In this document: in pieces, positions 56,121 through 64,000 of the stretch
Position numbering within the stretch: the first letter of the stretch is position 1
How the letters are laid out: every line of letters begins with the position of its first letter
From: Eledone cirrhosa
Taxonomy: Eukaryota
NCBI GenBank assembly: GCA_964016885.1
Contig: OZ024741.1
Location: forward strand, 191,332,001 to 191,396,000
DNA length: 64,000 nt
Reading direction: 5' to 3'
The notes under the pieces: generated by a model
Database searches by the model: none
The model's input: the letters and a program-made list of their open reading frames with translations, nothing else
What the model was told of the DNA's origin: nothing
Position numbers and translations under genes: made by a program

Positions 56121-58397
56121 CTATTGGGGTGATAACCCGTTTAGTTTTGGTTTAAATTTGTTAAGGAATAGATTTTCTTTGTTTATTCTTTGTTGTTGTG
56201 TGAACGAATCTGAGCACTTGTAGAAGGGGAAGATTTTAAAGTTGGGTAGTGTCATTCCTGCGCAGTTCGCAATATGGCTGCTCAAGGGGATTTTTCTTGT
56301 GTTAGCGTCCCGGATTTGTTGGCGGTGGATGGTCATTCTTTTGCGTAATGAGGTGCCCGTCTGTCCTATGTAGTTGTGTTTGCACCCACCGCAAGTTATT
56401 GCGTAAATCAAGTTCTCCGAGTTGCAGGTGAAATTGTTTTTTACTGTAAATGTTTGGCCATCTTTGAATGTAAATGTTTGTCCTTCAGTGAGGTAGAGGC
56501 ACGTTCCACAGTTTGTTCTACCACATTTGGTAACTGTAGGGTTGAGGATTGGTTTGGGTATATTTGGTCCAGTGAGAATGCGTTTAAGTGATTTGGGTTG
56601 TCTTTTACTTTTAAGGATCTTGTGTGTTTCAAGAATAGACTTCATTTTTACATCTTTAAGTAGGATGGGGAGGTTTTTGTGTAGGTGATCAAACATTTCG
56701 GTATTTCTGGGGTTGAAAGTGGATACATATGGCAGGGTGTTGAGTGTGGTTTTCTGTTTTGGATTGTTAAGTTGATGGGGATTTAGGTGTTTTGCCCTGT
56801 CTATTCCATTGTTGATTATTTCAAGTGGAAAGGCTCTTAAGATAAGGGTGTCTTTTAGTTCCTTTAGTCTTTGCTCCCGTTTAGGTGGATCTGATACTAT
56901 GGTACATATACGTTTGGCCAAATTGTAAGGAATGTTAAGTTTTGTATGTTTTGGGTGACTTGATGTGAAAAAGAGGTATTGCTTGGAATCTGTGGGTTTA
57001 TAGAATATATCTGTATCTAATTTCCCGTCTATTACAGAGATGAGAATATCCAAGAAGGCTAATTCCTTAGGATTGGATTCCATTGTGAATTGTATGTTAT
57101 TATCTATGTTGTTTATCATGTTTTTAAACGTAGTAAGTGAGTTCATGTCTTCTTGCCATAGGATAAAGCAGTCGTCTAGATATCTTTTCCAATTGGCTTT
57201 GAGGTGTGTGTGGAAAGAGTCTCCAAATAAGAGAAGGGACTGACTGTATATTTGTTGTTCATGGAATCCCATGACTAGGTTGGCATATGTGGGTGCTACT
57301 TTCGTGCCCATTGCCGTACCTGATACTTGTCTGTATGTTGAACCATTGAATGTGAAGTAGTTATTTTGTAGGATAAAGCGGAGTCCGTCAGTGATAAAAT
57401 CTGTGTTGATGCGTGTCGGTATTTCTGATGGGTGTGTGTTAAGCCAGTATTGGACTGCTGTTATTCCATAGTTGTGAGGTATGTTTGTGTAGAGGTTTAT
57501 TACGTCAAAGGAGACAAGAATTGTATTTGCACTTACTGTTTTAGGGAGGTGTTTCAGCATGTCAAGGTCATCTCGTATGTAGCTCTGTATATGTTGTAGA
57601 AAGGGTTTCAGTAGGATGTCCAGAAAGTTGCTAAGTCTGTGGGTTTCACATGTAGGGCCTGCTATAATTGGCCTGAGTTTTAGGTCTTCTGGTGGTGTTA
57701 GTTCAATGTAATTGTTGGTTGAGGTGTCACATGCATCGTTTATGGGTTTACATTTGTGAAGTTTCGGTAAGCCGTAAAAAGAGCTTGTATTGCATTTGAA
57801 GTGGCTTATATAGTTAAACTCTTTTGTGGTTAAGCTGTTGCGGTATTTATTCAGTAAGGTCAAAAGGTTCCCCATTGTTTTGGTGTGTTTGTAGTTTTCT
57901 GTTTTTTCATAGTATGTGTTGTTTTCTAAAATGTTAAGTGCGAGGGTCCTATAGTAGTCCGTATTCATAATCACAACAGTACTGCCTTTATCGGCTTCTT
58001 TGATAGTTATCTCAGGGTTGTTTCTAAGTGTGAATAATTCTTCCCATTCGTGTGTAGATAGGTTTGATTTCGTGTGTTTATTTGTAATTTTTTCATAGGG
58101 AAAGTTGGTGATGTGTTCGCAGTACGTGTCCAGTGCTTTATTTCTTCCCTTTTGTGGGCAGAAATTGCTTTTATTTCTAACCAGTGATTCGTCTTCAGTG
58201 TTGGTGTCGTTGTGGAAGAATTCCGTTAGTCGCAGCTTTCGGCAGTATTCCATGATGTCATCCTTCATTTCGGGGAAGTTTGGTTTACGTGGTGTAGGTG
58301 TAAATTTCAGGCCCTTACTTAAAATGTTGATTTGTGTGTTGGTTAGAGGTGTCTTTGAGAGGTTGATTATTTTTGGTTTCTCCTGAGGGGGGGCCAT
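56121..58397 (-). CDS. PLE reverse transcriptase + GIY-YIG endonuclease (758 aa)
   Basis: IINLS, LSKGLKFTP, IKEADKG..VVIM, FYGLPKLHK, LRPII, SFDVINLYTNIP, G.AMGTKVAPTYANL.M, RYLDDCF, FLD, CxxxxCxxC linker, NLIYAITC..C...YIGQT..LRKRM..H. Confidence 0.93.
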   Translation of the reverse strand: MAPPQEKPKIINLSKTPLTNTQINILSKGLKFTPTPRKPNFPEMKDDIMEYCRKLRLTEFFHNDTNTEDESLVRNKSNFCPQKGRNKALDTYCEHITNFPYEKITNKHTKSNLSTHEWEELFTLRNNPEITIKEADKGSTVVIMNTDYYRTLALNILENNTYYEKTENYKHTKTMGNLLTLLNKYRNSLTTKEFNYISHFKCNTSSFYGLPKLHKCKPINDACDTSTNNYIELTPPEDLKLRPIIAGPTCETHRLSNFLDILLKPFLQHIQSYIRDDLDMLKHLPKTVSANTILVSFDVINLYTNIPHNYGITAVQYWLNTHPSEIPTRINTDFITDGLRFILQNNYFTFNGSTYRQVSGTAMGTKVAPTYANLVMGFHEQQIYSQSLLLFGDSFHTHLKANWKRYLDDCFILWQEDMNSLTTFKNMINNIDNNIQFTMESNPKELAFLDILISVIDGKLDTDIFYKPTDSKQYLFFTSSHPKHTKLNIPYNLAKRICTIVSDPPKREQRLKELKDTLILRAFPLEIINNGIDRAKHLNPHQLNNPKQKTTLNTLPYVSTFNPRNTEMFDHLHKNLPILLKDVKMKSILETHKILKSKRQPKSLKRILTGPNIPKPILNPTVTKCGRTNCGTCLYLTEGQTFTFKDGQTFTVKNNFTCNSENLIYAITCGGCKHNYIGQTGTSLRKRMTIHRQQIRDANTRKIPLSSHIANCAGMTLPNFKIFPFYKCSDSFTQQQRINKENLFLNKFKPKLNGLSPQ

Positions 58398-59443
58398 CGA
58401 GTATCCTGGTATTTCAGGCTTTTCCCTAAAAAAGGAATGTAGTTTTGTGTGTGATTATATTTTGTTGGTCTGTTGCGTGTGGGTCTGTAGCTTGTTGTTT
58501 CATGAGGGTGAATGTGATGGTGGGGGTGGTATGTGTTGTGGTTGTTGATGAGCAAGGGTTCTGTTGTTGGTTCATGTGGTCTGGGTGCGTTATTTCTGTG
58601 GTACAGAGTGTTGAGGCTGGGGGGTTGTCTTTTGTTGGATTGAGGGTGATGTCTGGTGTGGTTGTGGGTAAGTTCTGTTGTGATTTCAAGTGGCCTGGGT
58701 GGATTTCTTCTGAGGAATGTGGTGTGTGTGTTGTGAGTTGGATCTATGTTATTTCGTCGTTGGTTTATGTAGGGGGCATTTCTACGGAAACCTGTGTTGT
58801 GGTGGTTGGGTGTGTTTCTTTTGGTGTAGTTGGCCGTATTTGGTTTGTGTTGGTGGGGGATGTGCCTGTGGTTAGTGTGTGTTGGGTTTGGTGGTGTAAA
58901 TGTGTCTGTTGTAGTTCTTGTTATGTTCAAATGCTTTATAAAGGGGTTACCTGTTTGGTGCATCCTTTTAAAGTCTTCTTCATATTTGAGGAACCAGTTT
59001 TCGGATTTTTCCCACCGTTTAAGGGAAATAGTTTCTGCATTCTCGCAGTCCTGTTTCCACGATTTGATTAAATTTTGTAGGGTTGTTCCCTCGGCCTTTT
59101 TAGTGCATTCTTCCTCCATATTTTTATCAGTATTCTTATACTCTTGCTCGTTTGAGGTGGCCCTTAATTTTAGGAGTTCTATTTCCATGTTTATCCTGTT
59201 GAGTGACATTTGTTCACGGAGTTTTCTTTCTGGTTCAGGTTCGTTTGTAATATGCTTTATTTGGAATTTACGTGGTAAAACTATCGGTGTTGAGTTAATC
59301 CATTTTTGGTAAATTCCAGCTTTGTTGAGGTTTTTTATCATATTCCAGAAAGTGAATTTTCTGGTTTTTAGATGTTTTTTCCAGAGGTGTCCCATTTGGT
59401 TTTTGATATGGAGCAATGTCGTTTGTTCTGTGTTGGTATTCAT
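58367..59443 (-). CDS. PLE ORF1: helical/coiled-coil N-terminal half and basic, His/Asn/Thr/Pro-rich disordered C-terminal half (358 aa; may be 5'-truncated)
   Basis: Long stop-free frame overlapping ORF2 by 31 nt; E/K/L-rich heptad-like segment ERKLREQMSLNRINMEIELLKLRA. Confidence 0.72.
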   Translation of the reverse strand: MNTNTEQTTLLHIKNQMGHLWKKHLKTRKFTFWNMIKNLNKAGIYQKWINSTPIVLPRKFQIKHITNEPEPERKLREQMSLNRINMEIELLKLRATSNEQEYKNTDKNMEEECTKKAEGTTLQNLIKSWKQDCENAETISLKRWEKSENWFLKYEEDFKRMHQTGNPFIKHLNITRTTTDTFTPPNPTHTNHRHIPHQHKPNTANYTKRNTPNHHNTGFRRNAPYINQRRNNIDPTHNTHTTFLRRNPPRPLEITTELTHNHTRHHPQSNKRQPPSLNTLYHRNNAPRPHEPTTEPLLINNHNTYHPHHHIHPHETTSYRPTRNRPTKYNHTQNYIPFLGKSLKYQDTRWPPLRRNQK

Positions 59444-61309
59444 AAGTTTTTCGATATATATATATATATATAAATATCAATTATTAAATACTTTTCTACT
59501 CATATAACTTCAAAATCTAATTATACATAAACAAAGATAATTTACTTACACATTTTGTAATCCAAATTCTTTCTCCCTTATTTTTATATTTTCATAATAC
59601 TACTTTCGTTTCCTAGAAAATCTTTTCGGTTTTTCCTTTGATATAATATATACTTTTGATTTAATACCTATTTTAATTGATTATAAGCAACATATAGACT
59701 GAATACTGGTCAATTTTTGTTTTGTTTTTTTACCAATCTATTTATTCTATATTTTAAATAATTTATTAAACGTTTAAACGAAGTGTAATTATTATCCCGC
59801 TCACGTAACATCCTATGTGTTGAGTTTTTTCTAGTCATATGCTTGGTGGTCACCGATCTGTCCAGCTCGTTGGCTTCCAGCATATCATGAAAGATTATAC
59901 ATCTCATATGTAGCGGAATTTGAGAATGAACTAACTAATATTATACAGGGTATTAAATTTAAAAAAGAAACATATAGAGACCAAGAATATCTCAAAAACC
60001 TTAGAATCAAAATTGATGAACTCAGTAAAACTAAACAAATTCTGGTTAAAACCAATAACCTTTATGGTCTTCATAAAGATGAATATAACAACTTAATAAT
60101 AAAGGAACTTAGGAAAAACTACCGCAAAACTACTTATGAAAACCCTGAAACTATTAATAAAGAAGCTTTCGAAATTGATTCTAAACTTGGGATTGAACAC
60201 AGAACTGAACCCTTCATACCTAGAACACCAAAGATAAATATTAAAGATCATAAGTACAATTTTGAATCTGAACGACTTATAGCTCCATCTAAATATGACT
60301 TAGGTATTATTAGTAAAAACATCTTGGACAGAATCATACCAGCTCTAAAGTTTCGATCTCAACTAAAATTATGGAATTGTACCAATGAGGTTATCGACTG
60401 GTTCACTGAACTTAAAAGTAAAAGTAAGACCAAATTTATTCAATATAACCAATTACTATTCTTCTATTTCTCCAGCATTACTTAACAAAGCCTTATCATA
60501 TTCAACATACATAACTTTTGAGGGATGAAATTAATATTATCCTTACTGCTAGAAAGACTATTATTGATTTTAATGGTGATCTAGAGCTGATAGACCTGGA
60601 AATTTCGACATTACTATGGGATCTACAGACTCGGCTCAGGTCACTGACCTGCCTGGAATTTTCATCCTTAACCTAATTCACAGAAGATTACCTGAGCTTG
60701 GCGGAGGTTTATATTGTGATGATGCTCTTTTTGGAGTAATTAACCATAATAACAGCGCCCTTAATAGAAAGAAGAAAATTATAACTGACTTTTTTAACAC
60801 TTACGAAACTCGAAATTGAAAATAATAATAGAATAGTTAATTTCCTAGATATAACATTAAACCTTAATTCTGGCCTTTACTAACCATTCCATAAATTAAA
60901 TGCAAACCTTAATTATGTTAGCTTCCATTCAAACCACCCTAGAAATGTTAAAAGGGCTATAGTTAACAGCGTTCAGCCAAAAATCTCTAGACTCTCATCC
61001 AATAAGGATCTTTTCTTTCTAAAATAGTTGCACAAAGTATTTATAGTCTCTTCTATTCATATATTAATTACTTAAATAAGATCGCTGAATTGATAAATTT
61101 GACATCAGTAATTATTTCCCTTCTTTTGAACTAAATAATTTACCTCATGGCATTATAACCTACTCAGCTATATATTTATATATATGTATATATAATGTAT
61201 TTTGCAATACACTTTATGCTTAATTAAAAGCATTTTGAAGACCGTAAGCTATTGTTTTTTAGAGTAGTGACAAATTCACTTACTTTGATCTCAGCAAACA
61301 GGGGAGATA

Positions 61310-61354
61310 AGCCGACAAGGCCTTGTTTCGCTTTTGTTGAAGCTTATCAAGGCT
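61310..61354 (-). ncRNA. Hammerhead ribozyme motif, U3:A8 variant (left arm)
   Basis: Mirror copy of 61489-61533. Confidence 0.7.
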
Positions 61355-61488
61355 AACTACTCCCACCTGTCTACCGAGATCACTGATGTTATATTCTTAT
61401 AGAATTCTAGTAAATCAGCTCCTGATTATTTACTAGAATTCTATAAGAATATAACATCAGTGATTTCGGTAGACAGGTGGGAGTAGTT

Positions 61489-61533
61489 AGCCTTGATAAG
61501 CTTCAACAAAAGCGAAACAAGGCCTTGTCGGCT
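61489..61533 (+). ncRNA. Hammerhead ribozyme motif, U3:A8 variant (right arm)
   Basis: AGCC-TTGATAA-GCTT caacaa AAGC-GAAA-CAAGGCCTTG-TC-GGCT. Stem I extends through gatttcggtagacagg/cctgtttgctgagatc with G:U pairs. Confidence 0.72.
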
Positions 61534-62068
61534 TATCTCCCCTGTTTGCTGAGATCAAAGTAAGTGAATTTGTCATTACTCTAAAAAACAATAGCTTACG
61601 GTCTTCAAAATGCTTTTAATTAAGCATAAAGTGTATTGCAAAATACATTATATATACATCCATATATATATTGCTATTTCAGAGCTCCAATCCTAATATA
61701 TATATATATATAAAAAAAAAACATATCAATTATTAAATGCTTTTCTACTCATATAACTTCAAAATCTAATGATACTTAAACAAAGATAATTTACCTACAA
61801 ATTTTGAAATCCAAATTCTTTCTCCCTTATTTTTGTATATTATATTTTCATAATACTAATTTCGTTTCCTAGAATATTTTTTCGGTTTTTCCCTAACCAA
61901 TTTAATTATGCTATATTTTAAAAATGTATTAAACGTTTAAACGAAGTGTAATTATTATCCCACTCACGTAACATCGTATGAGTTTTTTCTAGTCATATGC
62001 TTGGTGGTCACCGATCTGTCCAGCTCGTTGGCTACCAGCATATCATGAAAGATTATACATCTCATATG

Positions 62069-62146
62069 TATTTTGTCTAAGGAGGACATGTTCTGGTTTA
62101 TGTTATACATAAAACTTTCCATCTTTGAAATATATATAATGAAATA
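62069..62146 (+). ncRNA. Degenerate hammerhead motif at the end of the Naiad-like terminal repeat
   Basis: TATTTTGT-CTAAGGA-...-GAAA-T ATAT A-TA-ATGAAATA. Core G5 is mutated; flanks resemble 53615-53680. Confidence 0.45.
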
Positions 62147-62199
62147 AATAGAGATGATATGAAGTATATATCTTTCATTTATTATCCCTCATCAACTTT

Positions 62200-62592
62200 T
62201 TCAAGTTTCACTTGGAAAGGAAGGTGAGGGTGGAGAGAGAAGTGCTGCCCCCCCCCCCCCCAGTACGTTTGCTGAAAGGTGGGTGAATGTGGGAAGAATG
62301 GCCCGTGTGAGTGGGCCTACTCTGATCATGCGCCTGTAGGTAGGTGAATTTGAGAAGGAGAGGAGTGCCCTTCTCGGGTACTCTCGAAGCATCGTGTCGT
62401 TCAGGATTTGTGGGATACTTGAGTGAACCCTGGGTGGTCATCGCCCCTATTGGAGATTTTCTTTGTATTTTTATTGTTATTTTGTTATTGTTACTTATAT
62501 TGTTTACACGTATATGTAAAGCCCCACTGTCCCTGTCTTTTGTATTGTCCCCTATATGTCGGCGCTTGTAGCCAATAAAGGAAACTATTATT
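62200..62592 (+). mobile_element. Tx1/L1-clade 3' fragment
   Basis: FHLERKVRVEREVL...ERWVNVGRMARVSGPTL and a gccaataaaggaaactattatt end. Confidence 0.75.
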
Positions 62593-62596
62593 GGTC

Positions 62597-62797
62597 GATT
62601 GGCAGTATCGGTAGAGAGTCGGACGCCATGCTTTCCAGCATAGTTACGTCCCTTTACGATCTGAGTTCAAATCCCACCGAGGTTAACTTTGCCTTTCATC
62701 CTTACGGGGTCGATAAAATAAAGTACCAGTAATGCACTGGGTAATTGCTGGCTTTGTGCCTAAAGTAGAAACAATTATTATTATTATTATTATTATT
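62597..62797 (+). mobile_element. SINE family A with an (ATT)n tail
   Basis: Near-identical to 14695-14880. Confidence 0.9.
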
Positions 62798-64000
62798 ACA
62801 GCTGCATTTATCTTGCTTTATGTTTATACGAGTTATCACCAAGTCACAACCAGTGACCTCAAGAGACAACAAGGTCCGCCATGTTCAAGAAAGAACATAC
62901 ATACTCACACATGCATCTTTAGTGTTTAGACTTGTGATGTACTTATATTGACAGAATCTTCCTTAGTATATGGGCAGTTCCCATTAGTACTATCTTTTGT
63001 ATTTCTCCTATACGCGGGTTTCCTGGGATTTGCGATAAGTAGTCGTTAGACCCCTTAGGTATCATTCCCAGAGCGTCTACAACCACTGGTATTGTTTTAG
63101 TTCTCAATTTCCACATTTTTCCAATTTCTATCTCCAGGTCCTTATACTTGCTCAATTTTTCAAATGTTTTTATAGATACATTCTTGTCTATTGGAACGGA
63201 CATATCAATTAGCAGGCATACCCTCCTTTGAAAGTCCTTCAATATTATATCAGGTCTATTTGCATCTATTTTTCGGTCTGTTTGGATGCTAAAGTTCCAC
63301 AAGATTGAGATGTGATCTTTTTCAAGTATGGGAGGTGGTTGATGCTCCCACCAATTCTTTTGATGGGGCAGGTCAAAATGCTTACACATTATCCAATGTA
63401 TGTATTGTGCAGCTCTGTCATGCCTGTTTAGGTATTCGGTTGGAGCTATAGGACTGCACATTGAAATTATATGGTCAATGGTCTCTGGTCGTTTTTTGCA
63501 TACACGGCATAATGGGCTGCACCCATTTTTTATTATGTTGGCTTGGTAATTTTTTGTTGGCAGACACTGATCTTGTGCCGATATAATCAGTCCTTCAGTC
63601 TCCGATTTCAGTCCAGAGGATGCCAACCACTGATGGGTTAAAGTTTTGTCAACATCAGGATTGTTAGCTCGCTCTGGGTAGTTTCCATACAGAGGCTTTT
63701 CTTGCCATTTCTTAGCCAGTTTCTGTAGCAGTTCTTTCTTTGCAGTTACTTTTACCTGCTTTGCTTTTTCTGTGTTTTCCATTTCAGCAGTAAATGGGAC
63801 TTCTGAAATTTGTAGTCCATTACTGTATCTTTGTGCATCTTTTGTAATGGAATATGATCTTTTGGTGCTTTCGTGTTTCAAAACGAGTTTGATCATCCAA
63901 TCATGTGATTCCCTTAGATATGTGGATAATCCAATTGTTGCAGTTTTCAACGCAATGTCTAACTGGATTAACCCACGTCCTCCTTCTTTCCTAGGGAGAT
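62798..64000 (-). mobile_element. R4/Dong-clade LINE 3' part with an open CCHC + RLE frame (continues beyond the window)
   Basis: ORF 62943-63950: ETEGLIISAQDQ, CRVC...ETIDHIISMC, RHD, RPDIIL..D, EKLSKYKDL, IPVVVDALG. The 3' end abuts (TAA)n. Confidence 0.88.

Larger units (their letters stand above)
54722..59454 (-). mobile_element. Neptune-type Penelope-like element with intact ORFs, bounded by (TA)n on both sides
   Basis: Two long uninterrupted ORFs, a microsatellite-rich 3' region and a hammerhead motif at 54863-54910. Confidence 0.8.
61184..61659. repeat. Near-perfect 476-bp fold-back (231-bp arms, 14-nt spacer)
   Basis: 61184-61414 is the reverse complement of 61429-61659, with about 2 mismatches by eye. 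Confidence 0.95.
54588..62190 (+). mobile_element. Naiad-like PLE remnant with direct terminal repeats, each interrupted at a (TA)n tract
   Basis: Body 59912-61020 encodes degenerate KELRKNYRK...INIKDHK.NF...IGIISK.ILDRI...FDITMGSTDSAQVTDL.G...GLYCDDAL...VNFLDITLNL. Repeats: 54588-54651 matches 61103-61166, and 59473-59911 matches 61722-62070. Confidence 0.72.

Overview
Eukaryotic, AT-rich, microsatellite-dense animal DNA. The SINE/LINE repertoire suggests an octopus or other cephalopod, but that is inference. The only host gene found is on the + strand: three phase-compatible exons (2117-2364, 12674-12809, 50196-50350) of a multi-PLAT-domain protein (LOXHD1-like), separated by introns of about 10 kb and 37 kb. 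Nearly everything else is nested transposable-element debris: RTE, Tx1/L1, R4/Dong and CRE-like LINEs, two tRNA-derived SINE families, non-autonomous Helitrons, a Tc1/mariner derivative and several Penelope-like elements (PLEs). Four observations stand out. (1) An intact two-ORF Neptune-type PLE has an in-phase U UUU UUA heptamer in its ORF1/RT-GIY-YIG overlap, a candidate -1 ribosomal frameshift. (2) About a dozen minimal type I hammerhead-ribozyme motifs occur, including U3:A8 and U4C core variants, several in sense with the host pre-mRNA. (3) A near-perfect 476-bp fold-back carries a hammerhead on each strand. (4) A Naiad-like PLE has both terminal repeats interrupted at the same (TA)n tract. 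Most short ORFs in the supplied track are microsatellite or antisense artefacts. All alignments and RNA folds were read by eye.
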